Assembly: GCA_046290465.1 (NCBI GenBank)
Contig: JBKAGP010000001.1
Coordinates: 3,136,001-3,200,000, forward strand
DNA from: Planctomycetota bacterium
GTDB taxonomy: Bacteria > Planctomycetota > UBA1135 > UBA2386
Length of the DNA: 64,000 bases
Direction of reading: 5' to 3'
Shown: positions 8,534 through 25,126 of the stretch, one piece after another
Numbering within the stretch: position 1 is the stretch's first letter
Layout of the letters: the number at the start of each line of letters is the position of its first letter
The notes under the pieces: generated by a model
What the model was told of the DNA's origin: nothing
What the model saw: the letters and a program-made list of their open reading frames with translations, nothing else
Databases searched by the model: none
Translations under genes and position numbers: made by a program

Positions 8534-10357
8534 ATGCTGATCGCCACCCTGACGTCGCTGCTGCTGATCGCGGGCACGGCACCCCAGCAGCCGCAGGCCG
8601 TGGGCACGGCCGAACGGATCTGCGCGCGCTTCGACGGCTTCGACATGGATCGCGACGGGCGGGTCGAGATCCGGCGTGCCCACGTCGTGCACGAAGCCGG
8701 CGACGCGGGGCCGCGGGCGCTGGTGCTGGTCGAGCCACGCCTGTGGCAGACGGGGGAGGGCCAGCGCGACCTGCGTCCGGCCGTGCGCCGGCTGGTCGAC
8801 GATCTCGCCGCCGAAGGCCACCGCGCCGCGGCGATCACGATCGACCTCGCCTTGCACGAGCGGCACCAGGACGGCCGCTACCTGCTGGCGATGCGGGAGC
8901 TGCTGCGCGCGTTCGCGGCCGACGGCGAGCTGCGCGCCGCGCTGCTGTTCGGACACTTCCCCGATGCGCTGCTGGTGCGCACCTGCAACTGGCGCAAGCG
9001 CGAGACCGTGACGCTGCGGCGCGGCACGAAGTCGGCGCAGACCTACGAAAAGGCGCACCTGCTGCGACGCGTGCCCGAACCGGTCGCCGACCGCGCCGAC
9101 CTGGTGCTCGCCGACCTCGACGGGCACTGGGAGGACGTCTACGTGCAGCCGCGCACGGCGCTGCCGCGAACGCACGTCGTGTTCGACGGTCCGATCCCGG
9201 CGCGCGGTGGCGTCTGCCGCGACCATGCGCGTGGCACCGGCACGTTCGCCGACTTCTTCCACGTGCAGGACGGCACGCTGTCGCTGCGCGAGACCTCCGA
9301 CGGCCTGGTCGCCGACCTCGACGACCGCGCCGGCGGCGGCGAGTGCAGCGAGGCCGATCGCAGCCGCCCCAACGTGATCGCGCGGCCCGACATCCTGGTC
9401 TCTCGCATCGACGCGCGCGGCACCGCGATGGCGGTCGACCCGGAGCTGACCGGCGTCGACGGCAACGGGCTGCTCGATGCCGACGGTCGCCCGCGCGCGG
9501 TCGCGTTCGCCGCCGGCAAGCCGCCGAGCTGGCGACGCATCTGGCGCTTCGACCCGGCGCTCGAACGGCAGCTGTTGGCCGAGTACCTCGACCGCAACCA
9601 CGCCTTCCGCACCGGCACCGCGGCGACCGCGTGGCGGCCGTCGTCGCTGGCCTGTGACCTGCCGTCGGGCTATCGCAACCTGGCGCGCGCCGACGATGCG
9701 TGGCTGCCGAAGGTCGCCGACCGCTCGGACCTGCGCGGCCGCACGACGCTCGTCGACGCCGCCAACTGGTTCGCGTTCCCGGCGGTGCTGCGCACGATCC
9801 GCGCCCACAGCGACCCGTGGGGCGCCGTCTTCCGCAAGCAGGGCGTCGGCGAACTGCACCAGCGGATCGGCGGCCCGGCCTGGAGCTGGTCGGCCAGCGA
9901 GGATCGGCTGGTCCCGTCGCTCCACGCGCCGTGCCGCGGCGGAAAACTCGACTGGCACCTGCTGCACACCTTGTGGCGCAACGGCGCCGTCGCCGCGGCG
10001 CCGAGCATCTACCTGCACACCGGCTGCCGCGGCATCTCGCCGCCCGACGCGCGCAAGCGTGCGTTTGACCATCCGGGCTACGGCCGCATGCAGGGCGGAG
10101 AAGCGGTGCTGCTGTTCGGCAACGGCGTCGCGCTGGTCGGGCGCGCCAAGGTCTTCTACGACGAGCCGCGCGGGTTCGCGGAGACCCTCGGAGCCGGCGG
10201 GACCGTCGGCGACGCCTGGGCGCGCTACTACGAACTCGAGTCCAGTGCGGCGAGCTGGGGCCGGGTCGGCGGCGACATCGGGCGCAAGCGCAGCTACTTC
10301 TGGAGCGTGCTCGGCGACGCCACGCTGCGGCTCCGGCCGAGCGGGCGCGGCCGCTGA
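8534..10357 (+). CDS. Secreted protein, probable gingipain/C25-like (caspase-fold) cysteine peptidase
   Basis: Signal peptide; EF-hand-like DMDRDGRVE; candidate His-Cys dyad IRAHS..YLHTGC; C-terminal VLGDATLRL resembles the C25 LGDP motif. Confidence 0.55.
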   Translation: MLIATLTSLLLIAGTAPQQPQAVGTAERICARFDGFDMDRDGRVEIRRAHVVHEAGDAGPRALVLVEPRLWQTGEGQRDLRPAVRRLVDDLAAEGHRAAAITIDLALHERHQDGRYLLAMRELLRAFAADGELRAALLFGHFPDALLVRTCNWRKRETVTLRRGTKSAQTYEKAHLLRRVPEPVADRADLVLADLDGHWEDVYVQPRTALPRTHVVFDGPIPARGGVCRDHARGTGTFADFFHVQDGTLSLRETSDGLVADLDDRAGGGECSEADRSRPNVIARPDILVSRIDARGTAMAVDPELTGVDGNGLLDADGRPRAVAFAAGKPPSWRRIWRFDPALERQLLAEYLDRNHAFRTGTAATAWRPSSLACDLPSGYRNLARADDAWLPKVADRSDLRGRTTLVDAANWFAFPAVLRTIRAHSDPWGAVFRKQGVGELHQRIGGPAWSWSASEDRLVPSLHAPCRGGKLDWHLLHTLWRNGAVAAAPSIYLHTGCRGISPPDARKRAFDHPGYGRMQGGEAVLLFGNGVALVGRAKVFYDEPRGFAETLGAGGTVGDAWARYYELESSAASWGRVGGDIGRKRSYFWSVLGDATLRLRPSGRGR

Positions 10358-10414
10358 CGGCTGCGACTTCGGGGCCGCTTGGCAGCCCGCTCACGTCCGC
10401 TTAGCATTCTCGCT

Positions 10415-10560
10415 CCCGATGTGACGGTCCTGACGCCGGTTCGCCGGCGTATCGAAGCGGTCTCCCTTGCACTGCATCGGCGGGGCTGAGGTTTCTGGTT
10501 GCTGCAGCGGTGTGTGCCGCTGCGGTTTGTGTCGAGCCCCGGGGCCGCCGTCACATCGGG
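10415..10560. other. Highly structured intergenic element (candidate ncRNA, cis-regulator or MITE)
   Basis: Perfect 13-bp inverted repeat CCCGATGTGACGG / CCGTCACATCGGG enclosing further hairpins. Confidence 0.5.
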
Positions 10561-10572
10561 TCTCATCGCCCC

Positions 10573-11577
10573 ATGAGCTCCGCGTCGCTGCCGGCCTCTC
10601 CCCCTTCACTCGAACGGATCCAGCTGGCGCGCCGCACGCTGCTGACGCGCGTGCGCGAGACGCCGGCGTGGCAGTGGCAGGGCCACCGCATCGAGGCGGC
10701 GGCGCCGAAGGGCGCGACCATCTGGAACAAGCTCGAACTGTTCCAGCACGCCGGCTCCTTCAAGGCGCGCGGCGTGATGCTGCGCATGCTCGACCTCGAC
10801 GACGACGCACGCAGCCGCGGCGTCACCGCCGTCAGCGCCGGCAACCACGCGATGGCGGTCGCCCACGTCGCCCGGGCGCTCGGCTCGCACGCCAAGGTCG
10901 TGATGCCGAGCAACGCCAACCCGGCGCGCGTCGCCGCCTGCAGGGCGCTCGGCGCCGAGATCGAGCAGCTCGACGACATCGCACAGGCGTTCGCGCGGGT
11001 CGAGGAGATCGAACGGACCGAGGGGCGCACGTTCGTGCACCCGTTCGAGGGCGAGCACATGGCGCTCGGCGCCGGCACGCTGGGCTTCGAGTTCTTGCGT
11101 CAGGTCGGCCAGCTCGACGCGCTGATCGTACCGATCGGCGGCGGCGGTCTGGCCGCCGGCGTCGCCAACGCAGTCAAGCAGCTGCAGCCGCGGTGCCGGG
11201 TCATCGGGGTCGAGCCCGAAGGCGCTGACTCGATGCACCGCAGCTTCGCGGCCGGCTCCCCGCAGCGCATCGACCGCGTCGCGACGATCGCCGACAGCCT
11301 CGGCGCGCCGATGGCGATGCCCTACTCGTTCGCGCTGTGCCAACGGTTCGTCGACCAGCTGGTCAAGGTCGACGACGACGCCCTGTGCCGCGCGATGTGG
11401 CTGCTGTTCACCGACGCCAAGCTCGCCGTCGAACCCGCCGGCGCCGCGACCACCGCCGCAATGCTGCAGCTCGGCGACGAACTCGCCGACCAGCGCATCG
11501 GCCTGATCATCTGCGGCGCCAACATCGACGAGCAGACCTTCGCCGACTGCCTGCACCGCGGCGCCCCCAACCCCTGA
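10573..11577 (+). CDS. PLP-dependent threonine/serine dehydratase (or serine racemase) family protein
   Basis: KLELFQHAGSFKARG, SAGNHA, VHPF, PIGGGGL, EPAGA, ICGAN. Confidence 0.92.
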   Translation: MSSASLPASPPSLERIQLARRTLLTRVRETPAWQWQGHRIEAAAPKGATIWNKLELFQHAGSFKARGVMLRMLDLDDDARSRGVTAVSAGNHAMAVAHVARALGSHAKVVMPSNANPARVAACRALGAEIEQLDDIAQAFARVEEIERTEGRTFVHPFEGEHMALGAGTLGFEFLRQVGQLDALIVPIGGGGLAAGVANAVKQLQPRCRVIGVEPEGADSMHRSFAAGSPQRIDRVATIADSLGAPMAMPYSFALCQRFVDQLVKVDDDALCRAMWLLFTDAKLAVEPAGAATTAAMLQLGDELADQRIGLIICGANIDEQTFADCLHRGAPNP

Positions 11578-11658
11578 CCCAAACACCGCATACCGAACCG
11601 GGTTCAAGTTGCGCCACTTCGGCCGGAGCCCGCTGCCGCCGCCCCGGGTCGAGAACGG

Positions 11659-17907
<6,249 letters not shown>

Positions 17908-18016
17908 GGCGAGCTGGGGGTCCTTCGGATCGATCGAGTCCTTGCTATCGACCGTAGGCGCACAAGCTACGCGCCCCCCGCCAAGAATGCGATGGCACCG
18001 ACCGTTGGCCGACGCC

Positions 18017-21000
18017 TCAGCGAACGTGCGGAACGCCGACGTCCCGATGGGACGCACGATCGGCGGTCACGTCGAGCGCGAGCCGGTAGCGACGGCCGGC
18101 CTCGCTGACGGCGGTGACCTCGACGCGGCCGAGCGGCAGCAGGGCCGGCACGCGGTAGATGCCTTCGATCGCCGCGACCTTCTGCTCGAATACGATCTCG
18201 CCGTTGCCGAGCCGCGCCTGCACCTGCAGCGCCGTCTGGTCGCCGTCGCCGGCGAACGTCAGCGCACAGATCCGGCCGACCCGCACGTCGATCGTCAGGT
18301 GCCGGCTCGCACCGGCCGTGACCGAGACCTCGGCCTCGGGGATCACCAGTTCGTCGCCAGGCGGGCCGCCGACCACGTAGACGCCGGCCGGCACCCGCGT
18401 GACGACGACCTCGTCGCCGTCGATCGCATAGTCGACGTCTTTCGTGGTCAGGTAGCGATCGCCGGTGCGCAGCCACGGCATCGGCGGCCGCGCGGTCCAC
18501 GGCCGACCGTCCGGACGTCGGTAGCGGATCCGCAGCGTCGCCTCGCGCGCCAGCACGACGTCGCCGAGGTCGAGCTGCTGCCCCTCCTGGAGTTCGACGT
18601 CGCGATGCAGCGTCACCCGGCCGGCCGCGCCCAGGCGCAGCCGGTGCCGACCCGCCCCCAGTTCGACGAACTCGAACGTGCCGTCGGCGCCGACGCCCGG
18701 CTCCTCGAACACCGGCGAGTCCGGCATCATCCCCCACGCATCCCGCACCGGCTGCCCCTGGCCGTCGACCACCCGCCCGCGCACCAGCGCGCCCGGCAAC
18801 CGCTCGGCCGGCACCGTCAGCGTCGCCAGCTGCCCAGGCGTGGCCCGGACCGTCGCCACCGGCGCATCGTGCACGTCGGCCTCGTCGCGATGCAGGCGCA
18901 CCGTGTGCTCCGACCCCGCGACTCCCCACAGCGACGCCTGCCCCGTGTCCCGCACCTTCGCCGTGCGCACGCCGGCCGAGGTGTCGACCGCGACGACCCA
19001 ACCGACCAGCGAACGGCCGCTCGACGTCTGCACCGCGACGCGCAGCGGCGGCAGGTCGTCGAGCACGAGGTCGACGCGCATCTCGAGGCCGTCGCGTCCT
19101 TCGAAGCTGCGGCTGACCTTCTCCCGCGTCGCGTTGCGCATCGCAGCGAGTTCGAACGGGCGGTCCTCGACTCCTTCGAAGCGGAACGAACCGTCGGCGC
19201 CCGACAGCAGCGGCATCGACGTTCCATCGCCGTAGGTCAACCAGACGTAGAGGCCGCTGCGCGGCGCGCCGTCGCTGCCGCGCACGTAGCCGTAGAGGGC
19301 CGCGCGACGCCGCACCACCAGCGCGACCTGCGCCGTCGCACCGCCACGCACGTCCGCCAGCGCATTGGCCGGCGCGTCCGGCAGTTGGCGCGCGACGCAG
19401 GAGTGCAGACCCTCGGGCAGACCGTCGATCCGGAACCGCCCGTCGCCATCGCTGAAGGCGATCGCCGGCAAGCGTGGCCCGATCAACGTGCCGTCCGCAT
19501 CCCTTCGCAGTCGATCGACCTGGTCCTGCACGGCGACGGCAACGCCCGCCAACGGATTGCCGTCCTGGTCGGTGACCCGCCCGGCGATCGCTCCGGGAGC
19601 GCTGCCGAGCCGCAGCACGATCTCGCCGTCGCCGAGCTGCTGGACGGGGTGGGACTCGGAGGCGACGAAGCCGGGCTTGCGCGCGGCCACGTATTCTTCG
19701 AGCGGGGCGTGGTGCAGCGAGAACCGCCCCTGCTGGTCGCTGCGCGCAGCCAGCCGCACCAGGTGCGGCGGCCGCGAGTAGTCGCCGACCCGGTTGCCGA
19801 CCCACAGCTCGGCGCCCGCGACGGCCGCGCCGCGCGCGTCGACGACGCGGCCGCGGACCTCACCGCCGAGCGTGACGTGGATTTCGACGCTCTGCCGGCC
19901 GCCGCCCTCGATCGTGCACGCGCGAGGTTCGCCGAGCCGGAGGCCACCGGCATACACCGCGAAGCGCCAGACCCCGACCGCGAGGTCGTCGAACGCGACC
20001 GCGCCGTCGTCGTCGGTGCTCGCGCGCAGCAGGCGGCCGTCGAGCGGACCGTCGCCGCGTTCGCCCTGCCACGCCTCCACCAGCACGCCGACCATCGCGA
20101 CGCCGCTGCCGGCCATCGAGACGACCTCGGTGAGCATCGGCCCCACCACGTGCGCCCGATCGGCGCGAACCACGACCCGCGCGCCACCGACCGCGGCCCC
20201 GACCTCGTCGCGCACCGCCTCGGCCGCACCGGGCGCCGTCGCATCGCCGCCCGCATGCCGCAGCGCATCGTCGCCATCGAGGTCGCCGCGCGCGGTGGCC
20301 ACCTCGGCCGCGTCGTCGCCGCCCGGCGCGACCGCGTCGTCCGGCGGCGTCACCGCCCACCAGACCAACAGCGCCGCCGCCAACGCACAGATCCCCAGCA
20401 ACACCTTCTTCATCGCGAGCCCTCCGAACGTCACCGCGCCGACGGTCGCCGTCGCCGCAGCCTGTGCCGCGGCTGCGGCCATCACCTTCGCCTTGACCGC
20501 GGCCAGCCCGCGTGGCGCCAGCGCGGCCACCGCGAGGGTCCAGACCGACGCCGGCAGCACGCGCCGCAGCGCAGCCAGCCCACGATGGATCCGCATGCGC
20601 ACGGTGCCCGGCGCCGCGCCGACCACCTCGGCGATCTCCGCCGGCTGCAGGCCGTGCTGCAGCTGCAGCAGCAGCGCCTGCCGCTGCTCGTCCGGCAGCG
20701 CGTCGACGTGCGTTCGCAGCTGCGCGACCAGGTCGCGCCGCTCGGCCTCGTCGCCGGCCGCAGCGACCAGGTCGTCGGGCAGACCGGCGCCGCGCCGCCG
20801 CCCTTCGCGGCGACGCAGGTTGTTGGCCTCGCCGGTCAGGATGCCGGACAGCCAGGCCGACACCGTGCCGTCCGCTTCGAACGTCGCGGCCTTGCGCATC
20901 GCGACCACGAACGTCGCCTGCAGCGCGTCCTCGGCGTCGGCGGCGTTGCCGGTCAGATGCATCGCCACCCGCAGCAACTCTGGCGACACCGCGTCGAACA

Positions 21001-21067
21001 GCCGCCCGAGCGCGTCCAGGTCACCCTGGTCGCGGTAGCGGAGGAACGAGGCGGTGCGCGGATCCAT
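18017..21067 (-). CDS. ECF sigma factor fused via a TM segment to carboxypeptidase-regulatory-like repeats
   Basis: DAEDALQATF..WLSGI (region 2) and LPDEQR..EIAEVVG..GTVRMRIHRG (region 4); TM segment; repeated GRVVD..G.PV.G units. Confidence 0.9.
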   Translation of the reverse strand: MDPRTASFLRYRDQGDLDALGRLFDAVSPELLRVAMHLTGNAADAEDALQATFVVAMRKAATFEADGTVSAWLSGILTGEANNLRRREGRRRGAGLPDDLVAAAGDEAERRDLVAQLRTHVDALPDEQRQALLLQLQHGLQPAEIAEVVGAAPGTVRMRIHRGLAALRRVLPASVWTLAVAALAPRGLAAVKAKVMAAAAAQAAATATVGAVTFGGLAMKKVLLGICALAAALLVWWAVTPPDDAVAPGGDDAAEVATARGDLDGDDALRHAGGDATAPGAAEAVRDEVGAAVGGARVVVRADRAHVVGPMLTEVVSMAGSGVAMVGVLVEAWQGERGDGPLDGRLLRASTDDDGAVAFDDLAVGVWRFAVYAGGLRLGEPRACTIEGGGRQSVEIHVTLGGEVRGRVVDARGAAVAGAELWVGNRVGDYSRPPHLVRLAARSDQQGRFSLHHAPLEEYVAARKPGFVASESHPVQQLGDGEIVLRLGSAPGAIAGRVTDQDGNPLAGVAVAVQDQVDRLRRDADGTLIGPRLPAIAFSDGDGRFRIDGLPEGLHSCVARQLPDAPANALADVRGGATAQVALVVRRRAALYGYVRGSDGAPRSGLYVWLTYGDGTSMPLLSGADGSFRFEGVEDRPFELAAMRNATREKVSRSFEGRDGLEMRVDLVLDDLPPLRVAVQTSSGRSLVGWVVAVDTSAGVRTAKVRDTGQASLWGVAGSEHTVRLHRDEADVHDAPVATVRATPGQLATLTVPAERLPGALVRGRVVDGQGQPVRDAWGMMPDSPVFEEPGVGADGTFEFVELGAGRHRLRLGAAGRVTLHRDVELQEGQQLDLGDVVLAREATLRIRYRRPDGRPWTARPPMPWLRTGDRYLTTKDVDYAIDGDEVVVTRVPAGVYVVGGPPGDELVIPEAEVSVTAGASRHLTIDVRVGRICALTFAGDGDQTALQVQARLGNGEIVFEQKVAAIEGIYRVPALLPLGRVEVTAVSEAGRRYRLALDVTADRASHRDVGVPHVR

Positions 21068-21298
21068 CGCTACGGTTCGTTCCGAGCGGCCGCGCGCGTC
21101 ACCGCGATCGCAGGTTTTTTCGCACCCTGGCCGAGATCACGCGTTCGTCGCACGTCGTCCGCGCTGCCGGCGCGCCAGCCGTTCGCCCGTCGCCCGAAGC
21201 CGAGCGCCCCCGCCATCGGCGACCGGTTCGGCCCCGTTCTGCACGCCGCGGCCCCCAGCACGAGGCAGATCGAACGGCACGACACCATCCCGACCAGT

Positions 21299-22213
21299 CT
21301 ATCCGTCGACCGCGACGATCCACGCCGCGCGCTCGTCGCTGGCGGCGCGCGCGCTCGCCTCGATCCGCTTGTGCGCCGCCTCGGCGGCCCACAGCGCCGT
21401 GCGCAGCTGCTCGATCGTCGCGGTGACGTCGTCGGTCGCCTGGTGGATGCGGCGATGCACGTACAGGTCGTGCGGCATCCGGTCGAACACCATGCCGGCG
21501 AGGTCGTGACCGTTGGGGAACGTGATCCGCTGCATCACGGCCGCCTGCGCGTGCAGCTCCTCCCCCATCCGTTCGAGCTTGCGCCCAGCGGCCTGCAGGT
21601 GCCGTTCGGCGTCCGCCAGGACCGGCACGCGGCCGGTGGCGACCACCCCACCGATCACGTCGGCGCCGAGCGCCTGCCGCGCCCGCTGCAGGCACTGCTT
21701 GGCGACCAGCAGCTCGCCCTCGGCATCGCGACCGAGCTGCACGGTCCTCGCCAACAGCGTGCGCTCCTCCTCGAGCGCGAACAGCCGGGCCGACGACTGC
21801 TCCAGCCGTTCTGCCAGTTCGCCGCCGCGCTCCCGCAACTCGACCTCGCGCGCGGCGAGCAGCTCCGCGAACGTCGCCGACGCATCGGCCAGCGCCTGCA
21901 CCTCCGCCGTCGCCCGATCGCGCGCACGCTCGAGCCCCGGGATCTCGTCGTCGGCCGCATCGTGCTTCGCACGCGCTTCGGCGAGATCGGCCTCGAGCTG
22001 CGCCCGCTGGCCACCACCGCCGAATGCCGCCCGCAACCGGCTCAGCGGCCCCGACGCTGCCTCGAGCCGCTCGGCGAGCGTGCCGACCTCACGCCGCCAC
22101 CGCGCCGCCAGCTGCTGCTTGTGCTCGAGGTCCCGCTCGGCCCGTTCGAGTTCCTGCCTCGCAGCGAGGTACTGCTGCCGTCGCGCGTGCGCCGCCGCGA
22201 GTTCACCGTTCAC
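21299..22213 (-). CDS. Coiled-coil hypothetical protein
   Basis: A/E/R/L-rich heptads and coding codon bias; lies directly downstream of the Dus gene; GTG start inferred. Confidence 0.65.
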   Translation of the reverse strand: MNGELAAAHARRQQYLAARQELERAERDLEHKQQLAARWRREVGTLAERLEAASGPLSRLRAAFGGGGQRAQLEADLAEARAKHDAADDEIPGLERARDRATAEVQALADASATFAELLAAREVELRERGGELAERLEQSSARLFALEEERTLLARTVQLGRDAEGELLVAKQCLQRARQALGADVIGGVVATGRVPVLADAERHLQAAGRKLERMGEELHAQAAVMQRITFPNGHDLAGMVFDRMPHDLYVHRRIHQATDDVTATIEQLRTALWAAEAAHKRIEASARAASDERAAWIVAVDG

Positions 22214-22232
22214 CGCGCCTCCTCGAGCTCCA

Positions 22233-23300
22233 TCACCCCTCCCCGCAGTTCTGCAGCGCCGGAACCACCGCATCCTCGCGCGTCAGCTCGCGCGAGCGGC
22301 CCTCGTCGAAGCGGTCGTCGAACACCTCGTCGACCTTCGCGAACAGGTCCTCGGGCTGCCGCACGCGCACCAGCTGCTCGCGCGCCCAGACCGGCTCCGG
22401 GTGGTACTGCGCATACTTGATCACGTGCATGCGGACCGGCGGCAGCGCCCTGCGTTCGTCGCGGTAGAACGGCACCGCAAGCTGCCAGTGCCGCGCGATC
22501 GCGGCCCGTTGCTGTGCGCAGGTCGGCCGCAGCGGCATGCGGCCGTCGGCGAGGTCGCGCACCTGCTGGAACACGAACGGGTTGCCGATGCAGCCGCGCG
22601 CGACCGTGACCCCGTCGACGCCGGTCGCCTCGATCATGTCGAGCACGTCGTAGGCCGAGAACAGGTCGCCGCTGCCGAGCAGCGTGAACGCGCCGACGTG
22701 CCGTTTGACCTTGGCCAGGAACTCCCAGCGGCTGGGACCGATGTACTTCTGCTGCACGGTTCGCGGGTGCACGGTGGCGGCGCAGAGCCCCCGTTCGATG
22801 CCGCCCTCGAGGATTTCCCAGAAGCGCTTCTCGGCGTCGGGCGAGTCGTCGCTGCCGCGCCGCATCTTGACCGACACCGGCGCGTCCCCCTGCACCGACT
22901 GCACCACCGAATCGATGATCCGCAGCGCGGTCTCGGTGTCCTGCAGCAGCCAACCGCCGCGCCGGCGACCGAGCACCTTGTTGACCGGACAACCGAAGTT
23001 GATGTCGACGACGTCGTAACCGGCCTTGACCAGCTCACGCGCCGCATCGCCGAACGTCTCCGGCTGGCTGCCCATCAGCTGACCACCGACCGGATGGTCG
23101 TATTCCGGCACCGACAGGATGCGCCGCTGCAGCTTGCCCTTCTGCAGCACCAGCGAGTCCAGCACGACCTCGTTGATCGCATAGGTCGCACCGTGCTCCC
23201 GCGCCACCGCGCGCATCGCCAGGTCCGAATAGCCACTCAGCGCGGCCTGCACGGCAGGCAGCCCGACCTCGACGTCACCGATGTGCAGCGTGCGCTTCAC
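22233..23300 (-). CDS. dusB: tRNA-dihydrouridine synthase (DusB-like)
   Basis: AALSGYSD, QLMGS, DINFGCPV.KV, VSVKMRRG, TVHPRT, GSGD, ARG.IGNP. Confidence 0.88.
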   Translation of the reverse strand: MKRTLHIGDVEVGLPAVQAALSGYSDLAMRAVAREHGATYAINEVVLDSLVLQKGKLQRRILSVPEYDHPVGGQLMGSQPETFGDAARELVKAGYDVVDINFGCPVNKVLGRRRGGWLLQDTETALRIIDSVVQSVQGDAPVSVKMRRGSDDSPDAEKRFWEILEGGIERGLCAATVHPRTVQQKYIGPSRWEFLAKVKRHVGAFTLLGSGDLFSAYDVLDMIEATGVDGVTVARGCIGNPFVFQQVRDLADGRMPLRPTCAQQRAAIARHWQLAVPFYRDERRALPPVRMHVIKYAQYHPEPVWAREQLVRVRQPEDLFAKVDEVFDDRFDEGRSRELTREDAVVPALQNCGEG

Positions 23301-23318
23301 GCGCGACAGCGTGCCCGA

Positions 23319-24458
23319 TCAGCGGGCGGGCGGCCAGGGGGCCGCCTCGAACTCCCGCAGCCGAGCCCCGAACACCGCCTCGTCGTGCACACACCCCGCC
23401 GCGCGCGCCAGCTCCGCGCACCGCAGGTAGTGGTCGCGGTCGCGCGCCAGGTCCTCGCGGTTGATCAGCAGGAAGTTGTCCTGCTGGCCGTTGAGCCAGG
23501 CGAGGAACGCGAGGCCAGCCTTGTAGTGCTGCGTCGGCGCCTGGAACACGAACTGCCCGAGCTGCTCGCAGCGCTCCATGCGCTCGGTGAAGCCCTGTCG
23601 GTCGCCGGCCTGCAGCGACCCCAGCGCCGCCTGGGTCGGTCTGGCGATCGCGTCGAGGATGCCGAGCAGCGCGTGGCTGAAGTCTCCGAGCGCGACCTCG
23701 CGATCGCCGATCATCGTCGTGCGCGTCGGCGGCTCGCCGTCGCCGAGCATCAGCTGGCCGAAGTGGAAGTCGTCGCCGGTCAGCACGATCTGTTCGTACT
23801 CGAGCCGTTCGCGGCGCACGCGCTCCTCGAACGCCCGGTCGAGCAGTGACAGCTTGCAGCCGCGCACCACGGACGGATCGATCGCCATGATCTTCTCGAA
23901 GCTGCGGCCCGGGAAGTAGCCCTTCAGCGACGCCAGGAACATCGGACCGAGCCAGTGCAGGAACACCGGGCCGCGCACCTCGCGGATGATCGCCTCGTAG
24001 ACCTCGACGAACTCGCGCTCGTCGGCGCGCTGTTCGCACAGCCAGGGCATCGGCAGGATCACCGGGATGCCGCCGTGCGACGTGATGTAGGCACACTGTT
24101 CGACTACCGCGTCGATCAGGTGGCTGTGTCGCTCGATGCGCGGCAGCTGGTCGGTGCCGGCGCCGGCGCAGAAGCCGTTGGGCAGCGCCAGCGCGCCGGT
24201 CTCGGCGATCAGCCGGCGTGCCGACGGCCAGCCGAGGAAGAACCGCTGCGCGGTGTCCATCGCCTCGGCGATGCCGATGCCGCACGCGTCCATGTCGCGA
24301 CGCAGCTGCATCGTCGCCGGCCAGTCGATGTGCCGTTCGATCTCGGCCGCGTCGCCGGGCGTCGCGAGCGTGTGGTCGAGATCGCGGTACTCGGGCAGCA
24401 GCACGACGTGCAGGGCACCGTAGCACAGTCGGAAGGCGGGGGCGCGATCGGAAGCCAT
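23319..24458 (-). CDS. DUF993 family TIM-barrel (aldolase-like) protein
   Basis: IDWPAT, AEAMDTAQR, GAGTDQL, LHWLGPMF, KLSLLD, TGDDF, SHALLGILD, PT.HYKAG. Confidence 0.88.
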   Translation of the reverse strand: MASDRAPAFRLCYGALHVVLLPEYRDLDHTLATPGDAAEIERHIDWPATMQLRRDMDACGIGIAEAMDTAQRFFLGWPSARRLIAETGALALPNGFCAGAGTDQLPRIERHSHLIDAVVEQCAYITSHGGIPVILPMPWLCEQRADEREFVEVYEAIIREVRGPVFLHWLGPMFLASLKGYFPGRSFEKIMAIDPSVVRGCKLSLLDRAFEERVRRERLEYEQIVLTGDDFHFGQLMLGDGEPPTRTTMIGDREVALGDFSHALLGILDAIARPTQAALGSLQAGDRQGFTERMERCEQLGQFVFQAPTQHYKAGLAFLAWLNGQQDNFLLINREDLARDRDHYLRCAELARAAGCVHDEAVFGARLREFEAAPWPPAR

Positions 24459-24598
24459 GCCCGCAGTCGAACGGCACGGCAGCCGCGACGCAACGGTTGC
24501 GTCGGCTGCATCGAACGGGCAGAAGGCACCGATGGCAGCGGCAGCACCGATCCCGCACCTGCGGGCGTGCGCGGCGTGATAGACTTCTGCTGCGCAGC

Positions 24599-25126
24599 AT
24601 GTCCGACGAGACCAGGCCAGAGAGCGGCGAGCTGCCCGAGGACGTCTACGACGAGCTTCGGGGGATCGCACAGCAGCTGATGCGGAACCAGCGTCAGCCC
24701 GACACCATGCAGGCGACTGCCCTGGTGCACGAGGCCTATCTGCGGCTGCTCAAGTCGCCACCGCGCGAAGAGGTGCGCAACCGCGTCGCCGTGCTGGCGC
24801 ACACCATGCGCAACGTGCTGGTCGACCGCGCCCGCGCCCGCAACGCCGACCGCCGCGGCGGCGGCAAGCGACCGATCACGTTCAACTCGGAGCTGGTCGG
24901 CGGCCGGAGCGACTCCGAACTCGAGGTGCTCGCCGTGCACGACGCGCTCGAAGAGCTGGCCAAGGTCGACGAGGAGCTGGCGCGGTTGGCCGAGCTGCGC
25001 ATCTTCGGCGGGCTGCAGGAGCGCGAGATCGCGGCCGCGCTCGAGACCTCGCTGCGCACCGTCGAGCGGCGCTGGCGGCTGGCGCGGGCCTGGCTGCAGC
25101 GCGCCCTCGGGTCGCCCGGTGAGTAG
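24599..25126 (+). CDS. ECF-type sigma factor of the planctomycete kinase-associated type
   Basis: VYDELRGIA..TMQATALVHEAYLRL..MRNVLVDRAR..RRGGG..RTVERRWRLARAWL. Confidence 0.92.
   Translation: MSDETRPESGELPEDVYDELRGIAQQLMRNQRQPDTMQATALVHEAYLRLLKSPPREEVRNRVAVLAHTMRNVLVDRARARNADRRGGGKRPITFNSELVGGRSDSELEVLAVHDALEELAKVDEELARLAELRIFGGLQEREIAAALETSLRTVERRWRLARAWLQRALGSPGE

Noticed and set aside
10415..10560. Assigning the structured element as 6S RNA, SRP RNA or a hammerhead ribozyme
   Set aside because: I could not match their diagnostic motifs by eye, so it is left as an unidentified element.
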